NCBI GenBank assembly: GCA_046597055.1
Contig: JBKJLC010000191.1
Location: 1 to 63,022 of the forward strand
DNA length: 63,022 nucleotides
Direction of reading: 5' to 3'
DNA from: Kofleriaceae bacterium
GTDB taxonomy: Bacteria > Myxococcota_A > Polyangia > Haliangiales > Haliangiaceae
How positions within the stretch are numbered: the stretch's first letter is position 1; every line of letters begins with the position of its first letter. Both the position numbers and the translations under genes were made by a program. This document shows, piece after piece, positions 1 to 11,252 of the stretch. The notes below the pieces were generated by a model. It saw only the letters and a program-made list of their open reading frames with translations. It was not told where the DNA came from and did not search any database.

Positions 1-2
1 GC

Positions 3-1337
3 GTTGACCTGCACCCGCTCGATCGCGGGGGCGCGCCGGCCGGCCCGGGTCGGCACCAGGTGCTGGGTGACCACCGCGCGCAGGACCGCGGCGAGCTGGC
101 TGCGTGCCTGACGCTGCTGGTGCTCGGGGAACGCGTCGATCAGGCGATCGATCGCGATCGCCGCGCCCGGCGCGTGGACGGTGCCGAGCACGAGGTGACC
201 GGTCTCGGCGGCGGTGAGCGCGATCGAGATCGTGTCGCGATCGCGCAGCTCGCCGACGACGATCACGTCGGGCGCCTCGCGCAGCGCGGCGCGCAGGCCG
301 TCGGCGAAGCTCGGCGTGTGCCGACCGATCTCGCGCTGGTGGATCAGGCACTCGGCGGGCTCGTACTCGTACTCGATCGGGTCCTCGAGCGTGACGATGT
401 GGCGGGCCGCGGTGCGGTTGAGGTGTTCGACCAGCGCGACCAGGGTGGTCGACTTACCCGAGCCGGTCGGCCCGGCGACCAGGACCAGGCCGGAGCGCAC
501 CCGCGCGAGGTCGGTGAGATCGTCGGGGAGCCCGAGCGAGCGGACGGTGGGCACGTCGCGGCGGATGATGCGGATCGCCAGGCCGAGGCCCCGCTCATGC
601 CGGAAGCCGTGGCCGCGCAGGCGATGGCCGTCGATGGTCGCGCCGAAGTCGACCGCGCCGCGGGCGGCGAGCGCGGCCGCGCCGTCATGGCGGGCGGCGG
701 TGATGAGCGTCAGGAGCTCGGCCGCGGTCGAGGGCGGCTCGTCGAGCGCGAGGATGTCGCCGTCCACCCGTACCCGGGGCGGTCGGGTCTCCGACAGCAG
801 CAGATCGGACGCATTGCGCGCGGCGGCATCATTGATCAGCGCGCGGAGCGAGGATGGGACCGCGGTCAGATCGGGCGCATCGCTCGCGAGCCCCAGCCCG
901 AGCCCGGGGCCCGGATCGGGCAGCGAGCTCGGCGCCGCGAACGGCGTCGCGGCCAGCGACGCGGCGGCCGCCTTGGCGGGCGCCGACACCGGACGGGGCG
1001 CGGGTGCGGGCGCGGTGGGCGCCGCGGCGGTCGGCGGCTGCCGGCGGACCATCATCCGGTGGCCGGCGGTGGTGAGCTCGACCAGGATGATCATCACGTC
1101 GCCCGAGGTCGCCCGGTACACGTACTCGCCGGCGCGGCGCGCCTCCAGCTCGGCACGCGCCTCGGCCGGCACGATCTCGTCGACGAAGGTCGCGACCATG
1201 GCCGGCTCGAGCGCGGGCATGGCCATCGGCTCGGCGTTGCCGGCGCGCCGCAGCTGCGGAATCTGGCCCGACGCGACCGTCATCGCCTCGGCGCCACGAT
1301 GCGACATCACGCGGAGCATCGAGTCGAAGGCCGCCAT
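3..1337 (-). CDS. pilT: PilT/PilU-family type IV pilus ATPase with an extra N-terminal domain; C-terminus runs off the window edge
   Basis: Not in the ORF track because it is open at the edge. Manual minus-strand translation from ATG 1337 gives GLVLVAGPTGSGKSTT (Walker A), HIVTLEDPIEY, ALREAPDVIVVGELRD (Walker B) and AAETGHLVLGTVH (His box). The + ORF 60..1352 is its antisense shadow. Confidence 0.85.
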   Translation of the reverse strand, partial: MAAFDSMLRVMSHRGAEAMTVASGQIPQLRRAGNAEPMAMPALEPAMVATFVDEIVPAEARAELEARRAGEYVYRATSGDVMIILVELTTAGHRMMVRRQPPTAAAPTAPAPAPRPVSAPAKAAAASLAATPFAAPSSLPDPGPGLGLGLASDAPDLTAVPSSLRALINDAAARNASDLLLSETRPPRVRVDGDILALDEPPSTAAELLTLITAARHDGAAALAARGAVDFGATIDGHRLRGHGFRHERGLGLAIRIIRRDVPTVRSLGLPDDLTDLARVRSGLVLVAGPTGSGKSTTLVALVEHLNRTAARHIVTLEDPIEYEYEPAECLIHQREIGRHTPSFADGLRAALREAPDVIVVGELRDRDTISIALTAAETGHLVLGTVHAPGAAIAIDRLIDAFPEHQQRQARSQLAAVLRAVVTQHLVPTRAGRRAPAIERVQVN

Positions 1338-1499
1338 GGGTGCCCACGATAGCAGCGCGCGTGCCGACGTCGCGTGCGTGGTCTCGCCGGCTTGCGCCGA
1401 TGGGCGCGCGGCGTGCGTGCCAGTCTGACAGCGGACCTCGGTCTTCCGTGCCACGTCTGCGGGCCCGGTTCCGCGGGATCTCGCGTACCGTCGAGAGAC

Positions 1500-2486
1500 A
1501 TGCGCGCGCTCCCGCTGGTCCTGTTCGCCGCGACCCTGTCGACCGGGTGTGGTCGCTCACGCACCGACGGCGAGGCCGCCAAGCCAGCGCCGGCGGCCAC
1601 CGCTCCGACCGTCACCGCGCCGGTCGCCGCGCCGACCGACGCGGGCGCGCACCGGTTCGGGCTGGCCGCGGCCCGCGCCGCGTTGCGCACCGCCGTCAGG
1701 CGCACGAGCGACCGCACGCCCGCGGCCGAGCCGCCGGCGGGCCTGTTCGTCAAGACCCGGTTCGGCCAGGGCACGGGCGAGCGCGTCGCGTACGAGAGCC
1801 CGCCGCGCGCGGGCACCCGGCGGCCCGCGATCATCTGGGTCGCCGGCGGCTTCGACTGGAGCATCGGCGCGAGCGCGTGGGAGGAGGGACCGCGCGAGAA
1901 CGATCAGTCGGCGGCCGCGCTGCGGCCCGATGGGCTGGTCCTGATGCTGCCCGCGCTGCGCGGCAACAACGAGAGCGCCGGTGAGTCGGAGTGCTTCCTC
2001 GGCGAGGTCGACGACCTGATCGCCGCGTGGGAGCACCTGGCCGCGCGCCCCGACGTCGACCCCGCGCGCATCTATCTCGGTGGACACTCGACCGGCGGCA
2101 CGCTGGCGCTGCTCGCCGCCGCGAGCACCGATCGGTTCCGCGCGATCTTCGCGTTCGGCCCGGTCGCCGATCCGCGCCAGTACGGCTCCAGCAACTGCAT
2201 GGAGGATGGGCTACCCGAGGCCGAGTACGTCGCGCGCGCGCCGATCGAGTGGATCAAGGACGTCATGACCCCGACGTTCGTGATCGAGGGCAAGGACGGC
2301 AATGCCGGCGTGCTGCCGATCCTGGCCCAGACCGCCAGCCCGGCGGTGCGCTTCGTGACCGTGCCCGGCGCCGATCACTTCAGCGTGCTGCGGCCGGGCA
2401 GCGAGGCGGTCGCCCGCGCGATCCTGGCCGACACCGGCGCGACGCCGGCGATCACGATCGACGCCAAGGCGATCGCCGCGCGCTGA
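1500..2486 (+). CDS. Lipoprotein alpha/beta hydrolase (S9 peptidase-like)
   Basis: Signal peptide with lipobox-like LSTGC from ATG 1500; GHSTGG nucleophile elbow after VDPARIYLG; C-terminal GADHF His. Confidence 0.8.
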   Translation: MRALPLVLFAATLSTGCGRSRTDGEAAKPAPAATAPTVTAPVAAPTDAGAHRFGLAAARAALRTAVRRTSDRTPAAEPPAGLFVKTRFGQGTGERVAYESPPRAGTRRPAIIWVAGGFDWSIGASAWEEGPRENDQSAAALRPDGLVLMLPALRGNNESAGESECFLGEVDDLIAAWEHLAARPDVDPARIYLGGHSTGGTLALLAAASTDRFRAIFAFGPVADPRQYGSSNCMEDGLPEAEYVARAPIEWIKDVMTPTFVIEGKDGNAGVLPILAQTASPAVRFVTVPGADHFSVLRPGSEAVARAILADTGATPAITIDAKAIAAR

Positions 2487-2489
2487 TCC

Positions 2490-4523
2490 TCAGCGGGCCG
2501 CCCAGCGGCGCACGCTGGCCTCGCCGCCTCCGCCGGTGCCGAGGTAGATCCCATCGGCGGTGACGCTGAGGCTGCCGACCTCGCCGGGGCCGTTCGAGGC
2601 CAGCGCGTGCCAGCCCGTGCCGTCGAAGAACGTCAACCGAGAGCTCGGCCCCTCGGAGGTCACCTCGGGCGTCACGGTCACCAGGCCGTCGGCGCAGGCC
2701 GCGACCCGACCGGCGGGCTGCTCGAGCGATCGCCAGGTGGCGCCGTTCCAGACGAGGAGTTGGCCGGCGTGCGTGTTCACGACCAGGCCGAACGTCGGCA
2801 CGACGGTGGCGCCGGCAATCCCATAGGTCGGCGCGCCATCGATGTCCGTCCAGCGTCCATCGCGCTCGATCAGGATGCGGGTGCCGCCGGGCGACGTGAC
2901 GACCACGACCAGCGCGCCCTCGAACGCGGTGAGCGCGACGACCGACGCGTCGACCACGGTGGTGACCGCCGTGATCTCGCCGTCGTGCCATCGCACGATG
3001 TCCACGCCGTCGGGCGCCGCCACGGCGAGATAGAGGGATCCGTCGCCGGTGACCAGCAGCAAGCGCGGCGCGGCCGACTCGATCTCGATCGGGGTCCACG
3101 CGGTGCCGTCCCAGCGTCGGAGCTGGCGGCCGGCCAGGATGATCGCACCGTCGGGCGCGACCGCGGCCCGGACGTCGTCGTCCGGGCTCGGGTTGCCGGG
3201 GAGCGGGTGCCAGGCGCCGTCGAACACCGCGGCCGGCGCGTGGGACAGGCCGGCCACCGTGAGGCCGCCGGCGACGATCACGCCACCCGGTCCGTCGACC
3301 ACGTTGTTCACGTATCCCTGCGGCGCTAGCGCGACACGACCGCCGGTCCAGGGACTGACAGTCCCGTCCGGCGCGACGGTCGCGACATTCACCGCGGCCG
3401 TGGCCGCGACCGATCCGAAGCTGCCCGCCACGTGGAGTCCCCGGTCATCGACGATCAAGGCATTCACCTGCCACGGTGGCCACAGCGGCGATGTCCCGGG
3501 CGCGGCAACCGCCTGCCATCCGCGGACCGGGCTCCACCGCGCGAGTCCTCCCGCATACAGACGCTCCGGCCCGACCCGATTGAACCGACCCGCGATCACG
3601 AGGCCGGCGCCGTCGAAGTGAATCGACGAGACAACCGGCGCCGGGAAGAACCCGTCATGATCGTGCAGTCCCCCGTCCAGCGGATGCCACATACCGTCGT
3701 CGCCGAGAGAGGCGATGCCCTGGATCGGGATCTCCTCGGGGTCGTCGTAAAATCGAAGGTCGCCACCCGCCCACCAACGACCGTCGGGCGCGCGCGCCAG
3801 CACGGACATGGGTCCGGTGACGGGTGACCCGAGCGCCGTCCACGACGGGCCCTCCTTGCATGCTGCGCGATGACCGAGCGCGAGTCCCTCGGCGGCGAGG
3901 TAGCCGCCGAGGCAAACCCCCACGGGGGTGCGCGTCACGGTCGATACCGAGCTGTACGGATCGAGCCCCTGCGCGGACCAGCGCTGGCCATCCCACACCG
4001 CGAGCCCGTGCGCGACGACGCCATCGATCGAGCCGAACCCACCATGGATCGCCACGCCACCCGTGACGGCGGCGATCCCGGTGATCCACCACGCGTCCTC
4101 CACCACCACCGTCCAGGCCCCGGCATCCCACCGCGCGACGTAGCTGCCCCATCCGGCGTCCGGGACGCCGCCAACTGCCCACAGCGTTCCGCCATCGTCG
4201 ACGGCCAGACCGCGGACGAGGCCCGGCAACCCGTCGCCGAGCGGGGTCCACACCGCCCCGTCCCAGGTGGCGACGTTGTGCAGAGGGAGACCGGCGGCGT
4301 TGTCGAACCGACCGCCGACCGCGATCCGGCCGTCGGGCAGGGCGACCATCGCCTCGACCGACGCGTCGAGCCCGGCCACGCCCGGGTACACGAAGCGCTC
4401 GTCCCAGCTGCCCGCTATCAGGTGGCCACATGCGGGCGGCGCGATCAGCTCGATCGGTCCCCCGCGCTCGCAGGCAGCGCTCGCCACCGACACCGCCAGC
4501 ATGACCGCAGCGCGCCACTTCAT
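2490..4523 (-). CDS. Secreted/lipoprotein beta-propeller repeat protein (WDG..W repeats)
   Basis: MKWRAAVMLAVSVASAAC signal/lipobox; repeated GG.F...G....A.WDG..W blades. ATG 4523 preferred over GTG 4535 because of the sigma54 promoter position. Confidence 0.7.
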   Translation of the reverse strand: MKWRAAVMLAVSVASAACERGGPIELIAPPACGHLIAGSWDERFVYPGVAGLDASVEAMVALPDGRIAVGGRFDNAAGLPLHNVATWDGAVWTPLGDGLPGLVRGLAVDDGGTLWAVGGVPDAGWGSYVARWDAGAWTVVVEDAWWITGIAAVTGGVAIHGGFGSIDGVVAHGLAVWDGQRWSAQGLDPYSSVSTVTRTPVGVCLGGYLAAEGLALGHRAACKEGPSWTALGSPVTGPMSVLARAPDGRWWAGGDLRFYDDPEEIPIQGIASLGDDGMWHPLDGGLHDHDGFFPAPVVSSIHFDGAGLVIAGRFNRVGPERLYAGGLARWSPVRGWQAVAAPGTSPLWPPWQVNALIVDDRGLHVAGSFGSVAATAAVNVATVAPDGTVSPWTGGRVALAPQGYVNNVVDGPGGVIVAGGLTVAGLSHAPAAVFDGAWHPLPGNPSPDDDVRAAVAPDGAIILAGRQLRRWDGTAWTPIEIESAAPRLLLVTGDGSLYLAVAAPDGVDIVRWHDGEITAVTTVVDASVVALTAFEGALVVVVTSPGGTRILIERDGRWTDIDGAPTYGIAGATVVPTFGLVVNTHAGQLLVWNGATWRSLEQPAGRVAACADGLVTVTPEVTSEGPSSRLTFFDGTGWHALASNGPGEVGSLSVTADGIYLGTGGGGEASVRRWAAR

Positions 4524-4535
4524 CCACGCGGACAC

Positions 4536-4551
4536 AGCAACTCGCAGGCCA
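4536..4551 (-). promoter_or_regulatory. Sigma54 (-24/-12) promoter
   Basis: Minus strand TGGCCTGCGAGTTGCT fits TGGC-N7-TTGC with exact GG-N10-GC spacing, just upstream of ATG 4523. Confidence 0.6.
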
Positions 4552-4632
4552 TCACCACCCGAGCGATGTGGCCGACTTGCGATCAGCGCGGCGCCAACCG
4601 GGTTGCGCCTGCCAACCGCGGTGCGCGCGGCG

Positions 4633-5490
4633 CTACCCGAGGTGTGCGGCGATCTCGGCCCACACCGGCGCCATCGCCGGGCGGGTGAACAGCGTGAAGT
4701 GATCGGGATCGAACGCGTCCCCGGCGGCCCGGCCGACCACGCGCAGCGGCGGCGTCCCGCGCACGCGGGTGGCGAGCACCGACGCGTCGGCCGGCGTGCA
4801 CAGCCGGTCGCCGGCGCCGACCAGCGCCCAGGTCGGCACGTCGATCGCCGCCAGCGCGGCGAGGTAGTCGACGCCGTCGCGGCGGGTCCACGCGCCGGTG
4901 CGCGCCCAGCCGGCGAGCTGGCCGACGTAGCCGACCTGCTCGTCCTCGTTGCCGAGCCGCAGCCGGCGGATCGGCGCGTAGCCGAGCATCGCGGCGACGC
5001 CGCCGTAGACGCGCATGAGCGCGCGCCGGGCCAGGGGTCCGCGCGGCCCGGGCAGCCACACCGAGGTCGCGGCCAGCACCAGCCGGCGTACGCGGACCCC
5101 GCCGGTGCCGAGCGCGGCGAGGGTGACCAGCCCGCCGAGCGAGTGGCCGAGCACGGCGACGTCGGCCGGGGCGCAGCCGGCCGCGCGCGCGACCGTGGCC
5201 AGCGCCGCCGGCAGGTCGAGGCCGACGTGGTCGTCGAACGTCCAGCGATCGCGGCGCGGGTCGGGCGGCTTGCTCGCGCCGTGACCGCGCCAGTCGAGGA
5301 CGAACACGTCGAGGCCGTGGCCGGCGAGCGCCTCGGCGAACCCGCCCACGCCCGACCCCGCGTGGAAGTAGCGGGCGTCGGTCATCATCGCGTGGGTCAC
5401 CAGGACCGCCGCACATACACGTCCCACCGGCGCGAACCGGCGCAGCGCCAGCCGCACGCCGTCGGCGGTCTCGGCGGTGAGCGCCTCCAC
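4633..5490 (-). CDS. Alpha/beta-fold hydrolase
   Basis: TADGVRLALRRF start, DVFVLDWRGHGAS, GHSLGG, GAGDRLC and DHF motifs; GTG 5490 chosen as start. Confidence 0.8.
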   Translation of the reverse strand: MEALTAETADGVRLALRRFAPVGRVCAAVLVTHAMMTDARYFHAGSGVGGFAEALAGHGLDVFVLDWRGHGASKPPDPRRDRWTFDDHVGLDLPAALATVARAAGCAPADVAVLGHSLGGLVTLAALGTGGVRVRRLVLAATSVWLPGPRGPLARRALMRVYGGVAAMLGYAPIRRLRLGNEDEQVGYVGQLAGWARTGAWTRRDGVDYLAALAAIDVPTWALVGAGDRLCTPADASVLATRVRGTPPLRVVGRAAGDAFDPDHFTLFTRPAMAPVWAEIAAHLG

Positions 5491-5498
5491 CCGCGGGC

Positions 5499-6014
5499 TC
5501 AGAAGTAGTAGCGGGCGCCGAGGCCGCCGTTGAGCGCGAGGCCGACGCCGGCGACGTCGGGGTCGTCGCTGCCGAAGCGAAACTCGAGGATGCCCGCGAC
5601 CTCGACGAACACGTCGAGCGGGATCTCCTTGAAGTCGAACAGCATGCCGGCCACCGCGCGGGCGCCGACGCGGAAGTCGTCGTCGCCGTCGCGACCGGCG
5701 CTGTGCTGCATCAGGCGCACGCCGGGCCCGATGTACGCGGGCAGGGTGAAGTCCTCGCGCTCCTCGAGGATCCAGGGATGCCAGACGTAGTCGGCGTGGG
5801 CCTGGAAGCCGCCGCTGACGAAGGTCAGCCCGAGCGCGGCCTGGATCGCCTGGTCGTCCTGCAGGTACAGCTTGGCGCACACGCCGGTGGGCTCGCCGAG
5901 GATGATGCCGACGCCGACCGCGCCCTTCTCGACCGGCTGGGCGGTGACGGCGCTGGTGGTGACGGCGATCAGCGCGACCGCGATCGACCCTACGACAGCT
6001 GCGGGGACTCGCAT
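5499..6014 (-). CDS. Small outer-membrane beta-barrel-like protein (DUF3996-like)
   Basis: Signal peptide, GVGIILGEPTG motif, amphipathic strands, terminal GARYYF. Confidence 0.65.
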   Translation of the reverse strand: MRVPAAVVGSIAVALIAVTTSAVTAQPVEKGAVGVGIILGEPTGVCAKLYLQDDQAIQAALGLTFVSGGFQAHADYVWHPWILEEREDFTLPAYIGPGVRLMQHSAGRDGDDDFRVGARAVAGMLFDFKEIPLDVFVEVAGILEFRFGSDDPDVAGVGLALNGGLGARYYF

Positions 6015-6108
6015 GGGCGCGAAGCTACCCGACCCGGACCCCGGGGGCCAAGAACCTGACCGGTCCGGAGCGGGCGCCGATCCGCGTCGACTGTGATAGA
6101 CACCGTCG

Positions 6109-7262
6109 GTGACCAAGCCTCGCGCCAAGGGAGCGCCGAGTCCGGCCTCGGCCGGCGGCAAGAAAGCGAAGGCGAAGTCGTCGTCGAAGCCGCCCGCGCC
6201 CGCCGACGAGACGCCCGGGCGCGGCGATCGGTCCAAGCGGCTGCTCGACCTGGTCATGCTGCTGCTGCGCGCGCGGACTCCGGTCACCTACCGCGAGATC
6301 CGCGAGCAGTTTCCCGGCTACCAGACCGCGAACGCCGAGGCCGGGCTGCGCGCGTTCGAGCGCGACAAGGCCGAGCTGCTCGAGCTGGGCGTGCCGATCC
6401 GCTACGTCACGCCCGACGAGGACGACTCGCTGGAAGACGGCGGCTACGTCATCGACCTCAAGCGGTTCCGGCTGCCCGAGGTCCGGCTCACCGCCGACGA
6501 GGTGTCGGCGCTGGTGCTCGCCGCCAGCGTCGCGCGCGCGATCCCCGGCGGCACCTATCCGAAGATCGTCGATCTGGCGCTGCGCAAGCTCGCCTTCGAT
6601 CTGCCCGAACGCCCCGATACCCCCACCGAGCTGTTCGAGACCGGTCGCAACCCGGTGCTGGTCCACTTCCCCGAGCAGCGCGCCGCCGCGGCCCGCAACA
6701 TCGGCGAGCACTTCGCCACGCTCGAGGCGGCGACCCGCTTTCGCAAGCGGGTGACCATGACGTACCAGGCGGCCGGCAACGGCATGACCTCGCGGCGCGA
6801 GGTCGATCCCTACGGCCTCGTCTATCGCGAGGGCGCCTGGTACCTGGTCGGCTGGTGCCACCTCCGCCGCGAGGTGCGCAGCTTCCGGGTCGATCGCATC
6901 CACGAGTCGGACATGGCGCCCAAGCCCAAGAGCCCCGACTTCGAGCGGCCGGCCGGGTTCGACGTGCGCACCTTCATCAACCGGTCGCCGTGGACCTTCA
7001 CCACCGAGCCCGGTGAGGACGTCGAGCTCGAGCTGCACGCCGAGGCCGCCGACGCCGCCAACGAGGAGTTCGGCGCCGCCGCGACCAAGACCAGCGAGGC
7101 CGGCGCCGTGATCGTGCGCTTCCCGTGCGGGAACCCCGAGTTCGTGGTGTCGCGCGTGCTCGCCGCCAAGGGCGCGATCGTCGTGCGCCAGGGCGAGCGC
7201 CTGCGCCGCCGGCTCGAGGACGAGCTGGCCGCGGTCGCCGCCCGCTACCAGGAGCCGCCCGC

Positions 7263-7266
<4 letters not shown>
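6109..7266 (+). CDS. pafB: PafB-like HTH-WYL transcription factor
   Basis: RLLDLVMLLL...GY...RAFERDKAELLELGVPI resembles mycobacterial PafB (RMFERDKNELRDLGIPL); WYL domain GAWYLVGWC...RSFRVDRI. Confidence 0.8.
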
Positions 7267-8243
<977 letters not shown>

Positions 8244-8296
8244 ACGCGGGCCTGAAACCCGTGCCGTTGCAGTCCCCTCGCGGCGGGGGCCGGGCG

Positions 8297-9478
8297 CTAC
8301 TTCTTCTTCTGCAGGAGGTCGGCGAAGGTGCCCAGGCGGGCCGGGTTGGCCGGGATCGAGGCGCGGGCCTCGGCGACCATGTCGTTCTCGGCGGCGCGGG
8401 CAGCGGCGGCCATCGACAGCGACAGGCGGTGCTTGTCGGGGTCGATCGAGAGGACGGTGACCTCGACCTCCTGGCCCGGCTGGACCACCTCCTTCGGGTG
8501 GTTCAGGTGGCGACCGGCGCCGAGCTCGCTGATGTGGACCAGGCCCTCGACGCCCGGGGCGACGGTCACGAACGCGCCGAACGACTCCAGCCGCGCGATC
8601 GTGCCGCGCAGGCGGCCGCCGATGGGCATGTTGCGGACCGCCTCGAGCCACGGGTCGGCCTGCATGGCCTTGAGTGACAGGCCGATGCGCGGGCGCTTGC
8701 CCGGCTCGGCCTCCTCGATCTTGATGACCTGGACGTCGAGCTCCTGACCGAGCTGGAGGATCTCCTCGGGAGTCTCGACCCGCATGTAGCCGAGCTCGCT
8801 GACGTGCAGCATGCCCTCGATGCCGCCGAGGTCGACGAACGCGCCAAACGGCTTGAAGCCGGTGACCTTGCCGCGGATGACCACGCCGATCTCGAGCTTG
8901 GCGCGGGTCTCGACCGCGCGCCGCGCGTTGTCCTCCTCGAGGAGGGCGCGCCGCGACAGGACCAGGTTGCCGCGCTCGTACTGGGTGACCCGGAACTCCA
9001 GGCGCTGGCCGATGTAGATCGTCTGGTCGGCGACGAAGCGGGCCTCGACCTGCGACGCCGGGCAGAACCCGCGCACGCCGGCGACGTCGACCACCAGGCC
9101 GCCCTTGATCGCCTCGGTGACCTTGCCCTCGACCGGGATGCCGAGCTCCATCGCCTGGACCAGCTCGGCGCGCGCCTCGGGCCCGCGGCCGAGCTTGATG
9201 CGCAGCTGCAGCGTGCCGTTGCGCTCGCTGGCGACCCGCGCCTCGACGGTGTCGCCGACCTTGACCCGCAGGCTGCCGTCGTCGGCGACCACCTGCTCGC
9301 GGTCGAGCACGCCCTCGGACTTGCCACCGAGGTCGACGAAGACCGCGTCCTTGCCGATGGTGGTGATCACGCCCCGCACGACGTCGCCCGGCTTGGGCCG
9401 CTTGGCCGCCTTGCCCTTGGGCTTGGCGTCCTCGGCCTCGGCGAACATCGCAGCGAAGTCATTGTCGTCAGTGGACAT
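8297..9478 (-). CDS. S1 RNA-binding domain protein (short RpsA paralog, about four S1 repeats)
   Basis: DFAAMF start; repeats such as FGAFVDLGGIEGMLHVSELG and FGAFVTVAPGVEGLVHISELG; GTFADLL C-terminus. Confidence 0.85.
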   Translation of the reverse strand: MSTDDNDFAAMFAEAEDAKPKGKAAKRPKPGDVVRGVITTIGKDAVFVDLGGKSEGVLDREQVVADDGSLRVKVGDTVEARVASERNGTLQLRIKLGRGPEARAELVQAMELGIPVEGKVTEAIKGGLVVDVAGVRGFCPASQVEARFVADQTIYIGQRLEFRVTQYERGNLVLSRRALLEEDNARRAVETRAKLEIGVVIRGKVTGFKPFGAFVDLGGIEGMLHVSELGYMRVETPEEILQLGQELDVQVIKIEEAEPGKRPRIGLSLKAMQADPWLEAVRNMPIGGRLRGTIARLESFGAFVTVAPGVEGLVHISELGAGRHLNHPKEVVQPGQEVEVTVLSIDPDKHRLSLSMAAAARAAENDMVAEARASIPANPARLGTFADLLQKKK

Positions 9479-9486
9479 GGCGGCGC

Positions 9487-9569
9487 AGTCTTCGCCCCAA
9501 ACCGCCCGCATGTCAACGCGCCCGACGGGCCGCCGGGCGGTTGACAGACCCTGCCGGAGGCGGTGACCT
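9487..9569. promoter_or_regulatory. Back-to-back sigma70-type promoters for the S1 gene and cstA
   Basis: Perfect TTGACA on - (9516-9511) and on + (9541-9546); weak -10 candidates AAGACT and TGACCT at 18 and 17 nt spacing, 8 and 6 nt before the ATGs. Confidence 0.5.
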
Positions 9570-9575
9570 ACCGCC

Positions 9576-11252
9576 ATGGAGTTGCCCGCGCTGGCGGCGG
9601 TGGTGATCGTGGTCCTGGTGCTCGGCTACCGGTTCTACGGGCGCTGGGTCGCACGACAGTTCGACCTCGATCCCCGCACCGCCACCCCCGCCCACCGGCT
9701 CGCCGACGGCGTCGACTTCGTGCCGGCCAAGCCGTTCTATCTGTTCGGCCAGCACTTCTCGGCGATCGCCGCGGCCGGGCCGATCGTGGGACCGATCCTC
9801 GCCTGCAACACGTTCGGGTGGCTGCCGTGCCTCCTGTGGATCGGCTTCGGGGTGGTCTTCATCGGCGCCGTCCACGACGTGTCGACCCTGGTCGCCTCGG
9901 TCCGCCACGATGCCCGCTCGGTCGCCGAGGTGGTCCGCGTCCACCTCGGCCGCGGCGCCTGGCTCGCGATCCTCGCGTTCATCTGGGTCGCGCTGGTCTA
10001 CGTGATCGTCGCCTTTGCCGACATCACCGCCGGCACGTTCGTCCTCAAGAAGGTCAACACCGAGGGCATCACGACCGACTTCGATCAGGGCGGCGCGGTC
10101 GCGCTGGCCGCCCTGCTCTACCTGGGCCTGGCCTTGCTGATGGGCCTGGTCGACCGGTTCCTGCACCCGCCGCTGTGGCTGCAGACGGTGATCTTCGTGC
10201 CGGCGACCCTGTTCGTGATCTGGTTCGGCACCCAGCACTCGACCTGGATCCAGCTCGACTGGCAGACCTGGACGATCCTGATCATGGCCTACTGCGCGAT
10301 CGCGTCGATGACGCCGATGTGGCTGCTGATGCAGCCGCGCGGCTACCTCGGCGGCTTCATCCTGTACGCCGCGCTCCTGGTCGGCGTGATCGGCATCTTC
10401 TTCGGCGGCTTCTCGATCCAGCAGCCCGCCTTCAAGGGCTTCGACACGCCGGGCGCGACCGGGATGATGTTCCCGTTTCTGTTCGTCACCATCGCGTGCG
10501 GCGCCTGCTCGGGCTTCCACGGGCTGGTCTGCTCGGGGACCACGTCGAAGCAGATCGACAAGGAGACCCACTGCCACCCGATCGGCTACGGCGCGATGCT
10601 GCTCGAGGCGTTCGTCGCGCTGATCGCGCTGGCGACGATCATGATCCTGGCCCCCGCGGCCAGCAAGGGCGCCAAGCCCGACGCGATCTACGCCCAGGGC
10701 CTGGCCCGCTTCATCACGCTCGTGATCGGCGACTCGCCCGAGGCCCGCCAGGCCGCGGTCACCTTCGGCGCGATGGCGCTGTCGACCTTCATCTTCGACA
10801 CCCTCGACTCGGCGACCCGCCTGGGCCGCTACGTGCTGCAGGAGCTGATCGGCTCGACCAGCCGGGCCACCGCGGTGGCCGCGACCCTGGTGACCTGCCT
10901 GGTCCCGCTCGGCTTCCTGTGGGCGAGCGACAAGGGCAGCTTCTTCCTGTTCTGGACCCTGTTCGGCACGTCCAACCAGCTGCTGGCGTCGCTGTCGCTG
11001 CTCGCGATCTCGGTGTGGCTGTACCGGCTCGGCAAGAAGCCGTGGTTCACCGCGGTGCCGATGGTGCTGGTGATGATGGTGACGGTGACGTCGCTGGTCC
11101 TGCAGACCCGGGCGCTGTACCGGGCCGCGGCGTGGACCACGCCGTGGATCAACGGGCTGGTGTCGCTGGTGCTGCTCGCGCTGGCCGCGACCCTGGTCGG
11201 GTTCGCCACCCGGGTCCTCCTGCGCCGCACGCCGGCCGGGGTGGCCACGTGA
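9576..11252 (+). CDS. cstA: Carbon starvation CstA-family transporter
   Basis: TPAHRLADGVDFVP, GQHFSAIAAAGPIVGP, FPFLFVTIACGACSGFHGL, IGYGAMLLE, WTLFGTSNQLLA; many TM segments. Confidence 0.92.
   Translation: MELPALAAVVIVVLVLGYRFYGRWVARQFDLDPRTATPAHRLADGVDFVPAKPFYLFGQHFSAIAAAGPIVGPILACNTFGWLPCLLWIGFGVVFIGAVHDVSTLVASVRHDARSVAEVVRVHLGRGAWLAILAFIWVALVYVIVAFADITAGTFVLKKVNTEGITTDFDQGGAVALAALLYLGLALLMGLVDRFLHPPLWLQTVIFVPATLFVIWFGTQHSTWIQLDWQTWTILIMAYCAIASMTPMWLLMQPRGYLGGFILYAALLVGVIGIFFGGFSIQQPAFKGFDTPGATGMMFPFLFVTIACGACSGFHGLVCSGTTSKQIDKETHCHPIGYGAMLLEAFVALIALATIMILAPAASKGAKPDAIYAQGLARFITLVIGDSPEARQAAVTFGAMALSTFIFDTLDSATRLGRYVLQELIGSTSRATAVAATLVTCLVPLGFLWASDKGSFFLFWTLFGTSNQLLASLSLLAISVWLYRLGKKPWFTAVPMVLVMMVTVTSLVLQTRALYRAAAWTTPWINGLVSLVLLALAATLVGFATRVLLRRTPAGVAT

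Noticed and set aside
60..1428. Long + strand ORFs 60..1352 and 214..1428
   Set aside because: Antisense shadows of the minus-strand PilT-family gene, which carries all the ATPase motifs.
9563..11248. Apparent 1190-aa kinase ORF starting at 9563
   Set aside because: The first ~560 codons are an Arg/Pro-rich off-frame read of cstA; the real start is GTG 11249.
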